From an uncultured cyanobacterium (GTDB lineage Bacteria > Cyanobacteriota > Cyanobacteriia > Pseudanabaenales > Pseudanabaenaceae): a stretch of DNA of 64,000 nt. Positions 21,150 through 31,318 of the stretch are shown one piece after another. A model generated the notes under the pieces. It had not been told where the DNA came from. It ran no database searches and saw only the letters and a list, made by a program, of their open reading frames with translations. The stretch spans positions 992,001-1,056,000 of the forward strand of contig OY969811.1 of assembly GCA_963703315.1 (NCBI GenBank), written 5' to 3'. The position numbers and the translations under genes were made by a program. Position 1 is the first letter of the stretch. Each line of letters begins with the position of its first letter.

Positions 21150-21225
21150 GCTGTGGTGAGGGCGAAGACCTTGCCACAACTAGATCCTAAAAATTTCTAT
21201 AAAGTTAATTCTCAGGAGAATCATT

Positions 21226-21924
21226 ATGCTTACTATTCGCAAATCAGAAGAAAGAGGTCATGCAAATCATGGTTGGCTTGATAGTTACCATACCTTCTCT
21301 TTTGCTAGTTATTACGATCCACAGCATATTGCTTTTCGCTCACTGCGGGTAATTAATCAAGACCAAATAGCTGGTGGGAAAGGATTTGGAACCCATCCCC
21401 ATCGTGATATGGAAATTATTACCTATATGCTCGATGGTGCTTTAGAACATAAAGACAGCATGGGCAATGGTTCTGTTATTCGGGTTGGTGATGTCCAAAG
21501 AATGAGCGCAGGTACTGGGATTACCCATAGCGAGTTTAATCCTTCGGCAACTGAAACTGCTCATTTATTGCAGATCTGGATTTTGCCAAATCAAGAAGGT
21601 GTGAAGCCTAGTTATGAGCAAATCTCTTTTACAAGAGAAGAGAAGCTTAACCAATTGCGACTAATTGCTTCGCCCGATGGACGCGATCGCTCGGTTACGA
21701 TTTACCAAGATGCCTATATCTATGCTTCGATTCTCGAAGATGGGGCAGAAGTGACGCATCTAGTCAATCAAAATCGCTATGCTTGGATACAGGTAGCTAG
21801 AGGTAGTGTATTAATAGGCGATCGCCTATTAACTGGTGGTGATGCGATCGCTAGCGATCAGGCTGGTGATTTAAAATTGATTGCTCAAGGTAGTGCTGAA
21901 GTTCTAGTATTTGATCTAGCTTAA
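21226..21924 (+). CDS. Pirin family protein (YhhW-like)
   Basis: RGHANHGWLDSYHTFSF, GFGTHPHRDMEI, MSAGTGITHSE. Confidence 0.93.
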   Translation: MLTIRKSEERGHANHGWLDSYHTFSFASYYDPQHIAFRSLRVINQDQIAGGKGFGTHPHRDMEIITYMLDGALEHKDSMGNGSVIRVGDVQRMSAGTGITHSEFNPSATETAHLLQIWILPNQEGVKPSYEQISFTREEKLNQLRLIASPDGRDRSVTIYQDAYIYASILEDGAEVTHLVNQNRYAWIQVARGSVLIGDRLLTGGDAIASDQAGDLKLIAQGSAEVLVFDLA

Positions 21925-21998
21925 TTTATTTTAAAGAAGTGCGGCTAAGCCGCACTTCTTTAAAATAAATCGTAAAACATTTAGAGACTGAATAACCT

Positions 21999-23099
21999 GT
22001 GGGCGCAAGTAATCAAACTAATAGCAACAAACCAAAGATTGTGTTAACAGGTGGCGGCACGGGTGGTCATGTTAGCCCTAACCTTGCTTTAATCCCATCA
22101 CTTGAAGCTGATGGCTGGACAATTGAATATATTGGCTCTCAGGAAGGGATTGAGAAACAATTAGTCGCAGAGGTGGGGATTCCCTATCACGGTATTTCGT
22201 CAGGAAAGTTACGGCGTTATTTTTCTTGGCAGAATTTCATCGATCCTTTTAAAGTGATTAAAGGGATATTCGATGCTTATTTTGCGATCGCCAAAATCAA
22301 GCCTCAAGTAGTATTTTCTAAAGGTGGTTTTGTCACGGTTCCTGTGATTTTTGCGAGTTGGTTGCAACGGATTCCTGTAGTTATCCATGAGTCTGACTTC
22401 TCTTCGGGCTTAGCCAACCGCTTATCGATTCCCTTCGCCAAAAAAGTATGTGTGACATTTCCCGAAACGGTTAAGCATTTAGCGAAATATGCCAACAAGG
22501 TCAAGCATACAGGCTTACCCATCCGATCCGACATTCTCAAAGGTAATGCGGAAAAAGGTCGAGAATTTTGTGATTTTAATCAAGATTTACCAATTATATT
22601 TGTAGTTGGTGGTAGTACTGGTTCCGCTAAAATCAATCAAGCAGTACGTTCTATTTTAGATGTGCTTACGCAAAGCTATCAAGTAGTTCATGCCTGCGGT
22701 AAAGGAAATCTTGATATTAATCTAAAAGATTATCCAAACTATCAACAATTTGAATATTTGGGGAAAGAATTAGCCGATGTTTTAGCATCTGCTGATTTGG
22801 TTGTGTCGCGATCGGGGGCTAATGCTGTGTTTGAGTTTCTGACTTTACGCAAACCTAATTTATTGATTCCTCTATCCAAATTGTCTAGTCGCGGTGATCA
22901 GATTCTCAATGCGAAGTCTTTTCAATCTCGTGGTTATAGTGCCGTTCTCTTTGAAGAGGATCTGACTAGTGAGAGTTTATTAAAAGCGATCGCCGATCTC
23001 GATAGTCGGCGTGATGAGTACATTCAGAATATGCATCAAAGTGAAGATGCGAATGCGATCGCCCAAATTGTTACTTTACTCAAAGAATTTAAGCATTAG
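21999..23099 (+). CDS. murG: Lipid II GlcNAc transferase MurG
   Basis: TGGGTGGHV, SKGGFV, GGSTGS, SRSGA, DQILNA. Confidence 0.9.
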   Translation: MGASNQTNSNKPKIVLTGGGTGGHVSPNLALIPSLEADGWTIEYIGSQEGIEKQLVAEVGIPYHGISSGKLRRYFSWQNFIDPFKVIKGIFDAYFAIAKIKPQVVFSKGGFVTVPVIFASWLQRIPVVIHESDFSSGLANRLSIPFAKKVCVTFPETVKHLAKYANKVKHTGLPIRSDILKGNAEKGREFCDFNQDLPIIFVVGGSTGSAKINQAVRSILDVLTQSYQVVHACGKGNLDINLKDYPNYQQFEYLGKELADVLASADLVVSRSGANAVFEFLTLRKPNLLIPLSKLSSRGDQILNAKSFQSRGYSAVLFEEDLTSESLLKAIADLDSRRDEYIQNMHQSEDANAIAQIVTLLKEFKH

Positions 23100-23168
23100 A
23101 GGGATGCACAGTAAAAGATTTTAGTGGCGCGGCGAAGCCGCGCCACTAAATATCTGGTTCTTTATAGT

Positions 23169-23507
23169 TCAAGAAATCCTTTCTATTTCCATTAAAATTC
23201 GATCAAAGATACTTCTTAAAGTTATTTTTTCAATAGGAACTATATTTGGCATTGCGTCTGGCTCACCCAAAGAATTACTGTCTAAGAAAAGGCAAGTCTC
23301 ATTATCGTCCATTAGCCATTCAACTTGTAATGATTCCTCGCGATCGCCTAATTCGCTTTGATGTCCCTCACGAAATTCCAGAACCACGTCTGACTTGTAG
23401 CCTTCAACAGGGATAAACGCAGTTAACTTAGCGTGATAGCGGAGGTCAAAATCAACAGGGTATCCAAGATTTATTAAAGCTTGCTCTACGAGAGCAAAGG
23501 TAGCCAT
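23169..23507 (-). CDS. Hypothetical protein
   Basis: 112-aa ORF filling the gap; no motif recognised. Confidence 0.55.
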   Translation of the reverse strand: MATFALVEQALINLGYPVDFDLRYHAKLTAFIPVEGYKSDVVLEFREGHQSELGDREESLQVEWLMDDNETCLFLDSNSLGEPDAMPNIVPIEKITLRSIFDRILMEIERIS

Positions 23508-23612
23508 ATTTCACTAAACCTATGTAAATACATACTAAAAGCTTAACATCGTGTGAGAGTATTTTTTCTTGTCAAAAATTCGTCTATAATTCTGTTGATA
23601 GCCTAACAAAAC

Positions 23613-23716
23613 TAAGTAGCTAAGCATAATTAAAAATCAAAACTAAAACCTGTGGCGCACGCTGTCCGTGCGCCACAGGTTGTGGGGTTTTATATTTAAT
23701 AGCGCCCAGCTACTTA
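23613..23716. repeat. MITE/REP-like element, same family as 21043-21149
   Basis: TAAGTAGCT...AGCTACTTA ends; core AACCTGTGGCGCACG...CGTGCGCCACAGGTT. Confidence 0.7.
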
Positions 23717-23772
23717 TCAGTCAAAATTATCAGTTGTTAATTCAGCGCAAAGCTTTATAAATTATCCCTTAA

Positions 23773-24489
23773 GTGACTATGGAAGTCTTGATTTTTTTTG
23801 CCACTCTTTGGGTGCTTTGGCTAATCAGTTCGCGTTGGTGGAAACGTCAGATTATTTTACCTTTGGCGATTATTGGACTAATTTATGTAATTATCACCTC
23901 TCCCGTCGGACTTACCCTAGTCAATCAAGGATTAACGTTTACAATTCCTCAAGACTCTGGTGAGAAAGTTGATGCAATCGTTGTTTTGGGAAGAGGTGCT
24001 TCACTGCGTCCTGAGCGGGTAGAATTAGCTGCTGAACTTTGGAAACAGGAACGCGCACCGATAATTTTTATTAGTGGGATGCTAGATGCAGAAGAAATAA
24101 TTGCAGACTTGCAAGGGTATGGAATTTCTAAATTGAAACTAAGTGGTGAACGTTGCTCTCAGAATACTGAAGAGAATGCTCAATATACGACAGCAGTGCT
24201 TTATCCTCAAGGCATTAAAAAAATCTTACTTATAACAGATTCGCCTCATATGCTGCGATCGCGAACCCTATTCCAAAATTATGGGTTTCAGGTTGTTTCT
24301 TACCAACTTCCTTTGACTGAACAATGGAGTGCTAATCAACAACTCATAGCTATGCTAAGAGAATATGCAGGTTTGATGAGTTATCATTGGCAAGGTCGTT
24401 TTCGCCAACGTACCCCAGACGAGATTACAAATCCATCGGAACAAGTTAAATATCGCCTAAAGGAATGGAATTGTTACCTAAAGTCCTAA
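23773..24489 (+). CDS. YdcF/ElyC family (DUF218) protein
   Basis: DAIVVLG, SQNTEENA, LLITDSPHMLRS, LREY. Confidence 0.85.
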   Translation: MTMEVLIFFATLWVLWLISSRWWKRQIILPLAIIGLIYVIITSPVGLTLVNQGLTFTIPQDSGEKVDAIVVLGRGASLRPERVELAAELWKQERAPIIFISGMLDAEEIIADLQGYGISKLKLSGERCSQNTEENAQYTTAVLYPQGIKKILLITDSPHMLRSRTLFQNYGFQVVSYQLPLTEQWSANQQLIAMLREYAGLMSYHWQGRFRQRTPDEITNPSEQVKYRLKEWNCYLKS

Positions 24490-24569
24490 TTAAAAACCTA
24501 TGGCGCACGCTGCGCGTGCGCCAGATACTAACTATCAAAACAAGGGGCTTAAGCCCCTTGTTTTAAGAA

Positions 24570-27137
24570 TTACCGCATTGATTCGCGATGGACTTTGACT
24601 AATTTAATTTCATCCTCTTCTATTAAATACTTATTCATCATGTAGACCACATACTCAGGCTTGAGATTGCTGTCGGGTTTACAACTACCCATAAAATGGA
24701 TGGTGGGCAGTTCAGGATCAGGATTGATCACGTTAATCGTAAAAATGCGATCGCGTAATTCAATCATTTGATCACGACCTGATTTGGACTTCTTCGGCAT
24801 TTGGATCGAAGTTGCCGCTAAGACGCAGTAACTGGCTCCCTCTAGTAAATCCATAATGTCCGCCGCATTGCGCTCTTTAGGCGTGATGAAAGCACAGGTA
24901 AGCGTATACTCAGCAACCTCTAGCATTGCATCTAAAGAAGGCGCATTTACAGGTACTTCCTCGATCGCATAGATCGGCAAGTCAGCATCTAGTTCTTCTT
25001 GGAAACGCTGTTGAAAATCCTCGACAGGAATTACCTTAGTTAGCTCAAAATCCACAAACTCAGCACTGCTAGTTTGACCAAGAGGCAAAGCCTTCGCGAT
25101 GGAAATGCGGGGTAATGGATTAAAGCCTTCCGTATGGGCAACGGGTAACGCCGCCCGCCTAGCCGCCCGTTGGAAGAATCGATAGAGATCCAAATGGGAA
25201 ATTAAACTCATGTCGCCAAGCTTGCCAAACTTGAGGCGAATACGCTGCACTCTTGGCGGCACGATCGGTTTCTCTAGGGAAATGGGTGGTACTTCGGGCG
25301 GTGGGATGACTTCATTATGTCCAAATTCAGGTCCACAGACACCACACTCTGAGCAACCACCAAAGGAACAATCGGGAATTACTTGCGCCGCGATCGCCCT
25401 TTCCCAATCTTCGATCAGCCATTGCTTATCAATCCCTGTATCAATGTGATCCCAAGGCAGAGGCTCGGACATTTTTAGTGATGGCGTATCCCAGACTAAA
25501 CCTGCTTCAGCGATCGCCTGCGTCCATGCCCCAAAAGCTTTCTCCGTATTCTCAAACCATGAGTCAAATCCTGCCCCCAGTTGCCATGCGCGATACAGCA
25601 CCTTACCAAGACGGCGATCGCCACGCCCGACAAAATCCTCCATCGCACTGATGCGAACCTCGGTATAGTTGACCTTCACGCCACTCAAGCGGCGAAACTC
25701 TTGACGTAATAATTTCTGCTTCCGCACAAATTCGCCACTAGAAACAGTATGCCACTGGAAAGGAGTATGGGGCTTGGGCGTGAAGTTAGAAATAGTCAAG
25801 TTAAAGGAAATCTTCTTCCGTCCCTTTTGCGAACATTCCTGTTGCAACCATTCCACTGTATTCACAATACCAATTACATCTTCATCGGTTTCTGTGGGTA
25901 AACCAATCATGAAATAGAGTTTGACCTTATCCCAACCTTCTGTATATGCAGTTTTAATCCCTTGCAATAGCTCATCATCAGTCAAGCCCTTATTAATCAC
26001 ATCCCGCAAGCGCTGTGTACCTGCCTCTGGTGCAAAGGTTAAGCCCTGTTGCCGACCATCACCACTACGCAGCATATGCGCTATGTTCTCATCAAAGCGA
26101 TCGACTCTTTGACTCGGCAATGAGAGGGTAACGTGTTCATCTTTAAAGCGATTCTTAATCTGGACTCCCACCGATGGCAAAGCAAGATAATCAGAACAAG
26201 AGAGGGAAAGTAAAGAGAACTCATTATAACCAGTTTCTCTGATTGCTTTCTCAATCGTATCGACCACTTTCTCTGGATCAACATCACGGGCAGGACGGGT
26301 CAGCATCCCCGGTTGGCAGAATCGACAGCCTCGCGTACAGCCGCGCCTGATTTCGATGGTTAAGCGATCGTGTACAGTTTCCACTAAAGGAACTAAGCCG
26401 ATACTATGCTCAGGCATGGGAGTGGCGACACGACGCAGGGCGCGAGGGGAAACATTACTACGATTGGGAGTGATTGCGCCTGTTTTCTCATCCATGTCGT
26501 AGAATTCGGGTACATAAACTCCATTTACCTCATTGGCAAGATCAAGAAGAGTTTCGCGGCGAGGTTTCCCTGCGAGTTTGGCAGCTTTAATGACTTCCCC
26601 AATTTCAGGCAATAACTCTTCACCATCACCAAGGGCAAAGAAATCGAAAAAGTCCGCATAGGGTTCGGGATTAGAAGTCGCCGTCTGTCCTCCTGCAAAG
26701 ATTAATGGACATTCTTCAATGCTTAATTCACTACGTTCTTGCCATGTCATCGGAATATTGGCAAGATCAAACATTTCGAGAACATTGGTTGCGCCTAGCT
26801 CATAGCTGAGACTAAAGCCTAAAATGTCAAATTCCCGCAGCGATCGCTTGGACTCCACGGCAAACAAATCCGTTTTAGTTTCGCGTAACTTTGTTGAGAG
26901 ATCAGATGCTGGTAAATAGGCGCGATCGCATAGCTGACCATCTTTAGAATTAATAATGCTGTAAAGGATGATATGCCCCAAGTTGGACGCACCTACCTCA
27001 TAGATTTCGGGATAGGTAAGCGACCAACGCACGATCGCCTGATCCCAAGGTTTATGCACTGCGCCAAACTCGTTGCCTAAATAACGAGCAGGTTTGAGGA
27101 TTTCGGAGTTAAGTAACTGTTCTACGGGTACAGGCAT
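24570..27137 (-). CDS. B12-binding-type radical SAM protein (TIGR03960-like) fused to a DUF2344/TIGR03936-like domain
   Basis: KPARYLGNE, RGCTRGCRFC (CxxxCxxC), LYFMIGLP; C-terminal ISHLD...GFNPLPRIS. Confidence 0.9.
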   Translation of the reverse strand: MPVPVEQLLNSEILKPARYLGNEFGAVHKPWDQAIVRWSLTYPEIYEVGASNLGHIILYSIINSKDGQLCDRAYLPASDLSTKLRETKTDLFAVESKRSLREFDILGFSLSYELGATNVLEMFDLANIPMTWQERSELSIEECPLIFAGGQTATSNPEPYADFFDFFALGDGEELLPEIGEVIKAAKLAGKPRRETLLDLANEVNGVYVPEFYDMDEKTGAITPNRSNVSPRALRRVATPMPEHSIGLVPLVETVHDRLTIEIRRGCTRGCRFCQPGMLTRPARDVDPEKVVDTIEKAIRETGYNEFSLLSLSCSDYLALPSVGVQIKNRFKDEHVTLSLPSQRVDRFDENIAHMLRSGDGRQQGLTFAPEAGTQRLRDVINKGLTDDELLQGIKTAYTEGWDKVKLYFMIGLPTETDEDVIGIVNTVEWLQQECSQKGRKKISFNLTISNFTPKPHTPFQWHTVSSGEFVRKQKLLRQEFRRLSGVKVNYTEVRISAMEDFVGRGDRRLGKVLYRAWQLGAGFDSWFENTEKAFGAWTQAIAEAGLVWDTPSLKMSEPLPWDHIDTGIDKQWLIEDWERAIAAQVIPDCSFGGCSECGVCGPEFGHNEVIPPPEVPPISLEKPIVPPRVQRIRLKFGKLGDMSLISHLDLYRFFQRAARRAALPVAHTEGFNPLPRISIAKALPLGQTSSAEFVDFELTKVIPVEDFQQRFQEELDADLPIYAIEEVPVNAPSLDAMLEVAEYTLTCAFITPKERNAADIMDLLEGASYCVLAATSIQMPKKSKSGRDQMIELRDRIFTINVINPDPELPTIHFMGSCKPDSNLKPEYVVYMMNKYLIEEDEIKLVKVHRESMR

Positions 27138-27245
27138 AGATGTTTTTCAAAATTTGATCTAGCTTTATTTTACATTGGCATAGACAAGAGGCTTAAGACC
27201 CTCGTTAATCAAAGGTTCACTAAGCTGTAATTGTATTCATTTCTC

Positions 27246-27812
27246 TTAAAATGTCACATCTTCATAAAGATCGGCAAATTTCCCTTCAAAGTTGATGCTC
27301 GACAATTGGAAACTGTCTTGCTCTCCAGAGTATGACTTCAAGAACCAAACACCTTCTTCGTTGCGGCGAAAACAATCAAGGCGTTGACGTTTGGTGTTGA
27401 CTAGAACATATTCTTCTAGAGTTTCTATTTGTTGATAATCAGCAAATTTGTCACCGCGATCAAATGCTTCTGTAGACTTTGATAGAACTTCGATAATTAG
27501 TTTAGGATATCTCTTTTGATTTTGTGATTGGATATCTCTAGGATCGCAAGTCACCATCACATCTGGATAATAAAAGCGGTTTAATGAATCGATTCTCGCT
27601 TTCATGTCAGAAATATAAACACGACAGCCTGATCCTCGTAAATGATTACGAATCATCATAAAAGCATTACTTGCGATCGTGACATGAGTATCGTTTGCGC
27701 CAGCCATTGCATAAACATATCCATCGATATATTCGTGTTTAATTGCGCTTTGTTCTTCCATTTCGAGATATTCGTCTGGAGTTATGTAATCAAATTTTGG
27801 TGTGGCAATCAT
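27246..27812 (-). CDS. Uma2 (DUF820) family endonuclease-like protein
   Basis: KHEYIDG, YYPDVMV, IIEVLSKSTEAFDRGDKF. Confidence 0.88.
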   Translation of the reverse strand: MIATPKFDYITPDEYLEMEEQSAIKHEYIDGYVYAMAGANDTHVTIASNAFMMIRNHLRGSGCRVYISDMKARIDSLNRFYYPDVMVTCDPRDIQSQNQKRYPKLIIEVLSKSTEAFDRGDKFADYQQIETLEEYVLVNTKRQRLDCFRRNEEGVWFLKSYSGEQDSFQLSSINFEGKFADLYEDVTF

Positions 27813-27840
27813 ATTTAGTTACTTATAGTTTTTGATTAGT

Positions 27841-27900
27841 TATAGCTGTCGCCAGTCTTGTTAGAACATAAAACCAAAAAAGCAAGTGACTACAGCTATA
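27841..27900. repeat. Internally deleted MITE-like element (TATAGCTGT...ACAGCTATA ends)
   Basis: Same end sequence as the elements at about 34160-34244, 37666-37771 and 46041-46143. Confidence 0.6.
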
Positions 27901-27929
27901 TCTAAGAATAATGAAATCAGGGGCATAGC

Positions 27930-27983
27930 GCGATCGCCATATAGCGCTTTTAGCTCTCGATTGAGTTCGTTAAGTACTAGCAT
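27930..27983 (-). pseudogene. 5' remnant of a second MNT gene, cut at a HIP1 site
   Basis: Encodes MLVLNELNRELKALYGDR versus ILNELKRELQALYGDR in 28362-28691; similarity ends at GCGATCGC 27930-27937. Confidence 0.7.
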
Positions 27984-27987
27984 AGTT

Positions 27988-28365
27988 TTATTGCTCATTC
28001 AAAATTTTCTCTACTTCGCCAATAAAATCTTTTGCTTTCTCTAAAAGCACTTCTGCTTCAGCTAATGTTCCCGTAAAGTCTGCATCATAGTCACTCAATT
28101 GTCTTAGCTCGTAAGCATCGCTTAATATTTTTGCCCATTCGGGAGAGAATTTTCCTGTCTTCACAAAATGCTGTCCAAATAGGCGAATTGTACCTTTATG
28201 TGTGGAAGTATCTAGGTTTTGGGATAGCAATAAAGCTTTGGTTGCGTAATATATGGAATAATAGGAACGCGAGAGGTAAGTGCGATAACGCTCACGCTCT
28301 AATAAAAGTTCTGCTATTTCTAGTTCTTCTAGAGATAAAGAAAATAGTTTTTTATGTTCGTTCAT
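27988..28365 (-). CDS. HEPN domain protein (MNT-HEPN toxin)
   Basis: SRSYYSIYYATKALL, THKG, LRQLSDY; 4-nt overlap with the MNT gene. Confidence 0.85.
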   Translation of the reverse strand: MNEHKKLFSLSLEELEIAELLLERERYRTYLSRSYYSIYYATKALLLSQNLDTSTHKGTIRLFGQHFVKTGKFSPEWAKILSDAYELRQLSDYDADFTGTLAEAEVLLEKAKDFIGEVEKILNEQ

Positions 28366-28691
28366 AATTCAATTCCTTCTTTTCTAATATTTCTTAAAAA
28401 CTCAACATCTCTTTTGCTGAAGTCTTCTTCGGTGACAGGGATAATAGAGACAAGTTCATCACGTTCTAGTAATATTTTGACACGCAGGTTGGACATATAG
28501 GAGATCTCTTGTACTTGAGATACGGGGCTTTTGAGTACGGCTAGTAAGTCAATATCTGAGTCTGGAGTGGCTTCGCCTCTGGCGTGGGAACCAAATAGAA
28601 TTAATTTAACAAGGCGATCGCCATATAGTGCTTGCAACTCTCGCTTGAGTTCGTTAAGTATTGGAGTAATGCTCGTTAAAGTGGTAGTCAT
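28362..28691 (-). CDS. Minimal nucleotidyltransferase (MNT antitoxin)
   Basis: ILFGSHARGEATPDSDIDL (GS..DxD). Confidence 0.9.
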   Translation of the reverse strand: MTTTLTSITPILNELKRELQALYGDRLVKLILFGSHARGEATPDSDIDLLAVLKSPVSQVQEISYMSNLRVKILLERDELVSIIPVTEEDFSKRDVEFLRNIRKEGIEL

Positions 28692-28868
28692 TTTCTAAGG
28701 AAAGTAACGATAAAATTCTTTGCGGTGTAATGTGCGGATGACTTCTACTGTGTTACCCGAAATTTCTATGCCAATGCGATAGTCACCTACTCGAATACGA
28801 TAACGGGTTGAATATCCTTGCATGGCTTTAATATTCGGTAGTTCCTGCAAGTTCTGAGCTTCAGGCAA

Positions 28869-30161
28869 TAGGGCAACCGCACACGTTTCTTAACAAACTA
28901 GCGAACATTTCTTAACGAGGAAAAAAGGGAGAAACGGGAGAATTGAGGATATTTAGAAAGATAAGTCCAAAATGCTAGCAACAGTCAGTCCCGTCGGATT
29001 AATCGAAACCCACTTTGGGAACTTGCAAGATCCCAGAGCAGCACACAGTATCCTGCATAAGCTACTCGACATATTGATAATCACGATTTGTGCAGTGATC
29101 TGTGGAGCCGATAACTTCGTAGCAATCGCCGAATATGGCAAAGAGAAAGAAGAATGGTTAAAGACATTTTTGGAATTAGCAAACGGCATACCGTCAGTAG
29201 ATACATTCGAGAGATTATTTGCGAGACTGAAGCCAGAAGCATTGCAAAAAAGCTTTATTAGCTGGATGGAAGCAGTCCATGAATCCACCGACGGAGAATT
29301 GATAAACATAGATGGCAAAACCCTGAGAGGAGCAAAGGAAGCAGGAAATTCGCGTAGTCTGATTCATATGGTGAGTGTGTGGTCAGCATCACAACATTTG
29401 GTATTGGGACAGCAAAAAGTGGACGAGAAATCCAATGAAATAACAGCGATTCCATCATTGCTAAAAATGTTAGCGATACGAGGTTGTGTGGTGAGCATAG
29501 ATGCAATGGGATGTCAGACCGAAATCGCGAAAACAATCATCGAAGAGGGAGCAGATTATGTGTTAGCACTGAAAGGCAATCAAGGTAATCTCCATAAAGA
29601 TGTGCGTGAACTATTTACCTCTGCACGAGAACAGAACTTCAAAAATATTGAACATCAGTTCTATGAAACGGTTGAGAAAGGACATGGGCGCATTGAAACT
29701 CGTCGCTATTGGACAATGGGTAATACCGAATACTTAATCGGTGCAGAGAAATGGATAGGTTTGAAAAGTATTGGTATGGTTGAATCAGAGCGCATTATAA
29801 ATGGAATTATTTCTACTGAGCAGCGATACTATCTGCTTAGTCTTGAGAGTGATGTCCACAGATTTTCCCAATCTGTCAGAAATCACTGGAGTATTGAAAA
29901 TCAACTACATTGGATTCTTGATGTTGGTTTTGGTGAAGATGCTTCGCAATCCTGCCGAGGCTATATTGCCGAAAACTTGGCTGTTATACGTCATATCAGT
30001 TTAAATTTGTTGTCAAGAGATAAAAACAGTAAGGTCGGTGTCAAGACAAAACGTCTTAAAGCTGGCTGGAACAACAACTATCTTAAGGATATCCTGAGTA
30101 CCTTAAACATAGTCGCTGTCTAAATCTCGTTAATTGTTAAGAAACGTGTGCGGTTGCCCTA
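28869..30161 (+). mobile_element. ISAs1-family insertion sequence, 1293 bp
   Basis: Perfect 28-bp inverted repeats TAGGGCAACCGCACACGTTTCTTAACAA (28869-28896 and 30134-30161); 10-bp target duplication CTTCAGGCAA (28859-28868 and 30162-30171). Confidence 0.95.
28972..30123 (+). CDS. ISAs1 family DDE transposase
   Basis: IDGKTLRG, SNEITAIP, IDAMGCQ, KGHGRIETR, RNHWSIENQLHW. Confidence 0.95.
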   Translation: MLATVSPVGLIETHFGNLQDPRAAHSILHKLLDILIITICAVICGADNFVAIAEYGKEKEEWLKTFLELANGIPSVDTFERLFARLKPEALQKSFISWMEAVHESTDGELINIDGKTLRGAKEAGNSRSLIHMVSVWSASQHLVLGQQKVDEKSNEITAIPSLLKMLAIRGCVVSIDAMGCQTEIAKTIIEEGADYVLALKGNQGNLHKDVRELFTSAREQNFKNIEHQFYETVEKGHGRIETRRYWTMGNTEYLIGAEKWIGLKSIGMVESERIINGIISTEQRYYLLSLESDVHRFSQSVRNHWSIENQLHWILDVGFGEDASQSCRGYIAENLAVIRHISLNLLSRDKNSKVGVKTKRLKAGWNNNYLKDILSTLNIVAV

Positions 30162-30268
30162 CTTCAGGCAAGGTTGTAAAGGCAATTTCAGAGATGCGTT
30201 GATATACTGATGTGCCTTTCAGATTTTTGAGATCTTTCAAAAATGACTGACGATAATTCACTTCCATT

Positions 30269-30484
30269 TTAATCCTCTAAAAAAGCTAGAGCTTCTGCAT
30301 GGGAGTAAAGAGGAGTTTTTTTACCTTCATCCATTGCTTTATTGAGACAATAATCTTCTATAGCTTCGCTAAGGTCTTCTAGGGAGGCGTTATCAATGGG
30401 TAGGAGTTGTCTCCAAATTGCGATGGGGATGACAACGGCGGTTGTTTGTCCTTCTTTGTTAGTTAGATATTCAAGGTCTAGCAT
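30269..30484 (-). CDS. Putative antitoxin of the RelE toxin
   Basis: Small acidic protein (YLTNKEGQTTAVVIP...IEDYCLNKAMDE) 1 nt upstream of the relE start. Confidence 0.7.
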   Translation of the reverse strand: MLDLEYLTNKEGQTTAVVIPIAIWRQLLPIDNASLEDLSEAIEDYCLNKAMDEGKKTPLYSHAEALAFLED

Positions 30485-30574
30485 GATTGACTCTCTTGTT
30501 GATGTTTTTGTGTAAACTTTCTTTTATTTTATAACTTTAGCTAAGGGCGATCGCTTAGTCATGTATTTACAAAA

Positions 30575-31057
30575 TTACGGGAATGGAAAGCCTCCATGTT
30601 TGGTAATAATTTGATCGATGTCGCTCATGATCTCGATGGTTTCTCCCAAGATGGAAATGATGTTTTGATAATGAAAGAGGTCGTCAAAGCTGAGTTCGCG
30701 TCCTCCCACATACCAGCGAAATTCTAAATGATCCGTTAAAATCAAATTCCCTAAAGCATTAAAATAACGCTGCATTTGGTTCTTCTTTTCCAAACTTTTT
30801 AGCGAAATTCCAATATCCTTAGCCTCAAGATGTCCAACCTCTAACGCCCCCTGTCCAATCCAAAAATCTGGCGCACCGCAAGCAATCTGCTTCGGCTCAT
30901 TCACCGCCAAAATATCATTACCAAAAGACTCAAGCAATCTCTTCAACGCAGGACGATAGGTATGCTCCGTTGCATTCCCCTTTTGATAAATCTGCGTCAC
31001 ATCTTGCAAATAAGCTTGAATTTGATTAGTCATTATGTTAGTTGTAGAACCACTCAT
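30575..31057 (-). pseudogene. Internally collapsed type ISP/IIL-like restriction-modification gene
   Basis: N-terminal ATEHTYRPAL...GAPDF...HLEAKD...LILTDHLEFRWY joins directly to a C-terminal-type GRELSFDD...YQNII...ETI; no methyltransferase motifs. Confidence 0.65.
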
Positions 31058-31201
31058 ATCAAAACCCTGCTTATCTTTAGCTCATATTCTAAAGCGGTGT
31101 CATTTATACTATGACCTAAACTCGAAATATATCATTCAAATCTAGTTTAGCCTTTCTACCTGACTATTTGCTGAATATAGCGATCGCTAATCTATTCATC
31201 A

Positions 31202-31318
31202 TCAATACCAAGCGATCGCCTGATCCCAAGGCTTATGTACTGCGCCAAACTCGTTACCCAGATAACGGGCAGGTTTGAGGATTTCGGAGTTAAGTAACTG
31301 TTCTACGGGTACGGGCAT
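31202..31318 (-). pseudogene. Duplicate 5' end (35 codons) of the radical SAM gene
   Basis: Same peptide MPVPVEQ...KPWDQAI as from 27137; diverges at HIP1 31212-31219 and stops at 31202. Confidence 0.9.

Larger units (their letters stand above)
28695..30267 (-). pseudogene. RelE/ParE family toxin interrupted by an ISAs1 element
   Basis: Joining 30267-30172 to 28868-28695 restores an 89-aa ORF, MEVNYRQSFLKDLK...YRIRVGDYRIG...LHRKEFYRYFP. Confidence 0.9.

Noticed and set aside
28953..29536. Antisense ORFs inside the transposase
   Set aside because: Shadow frames of the ISAs1 transposase.
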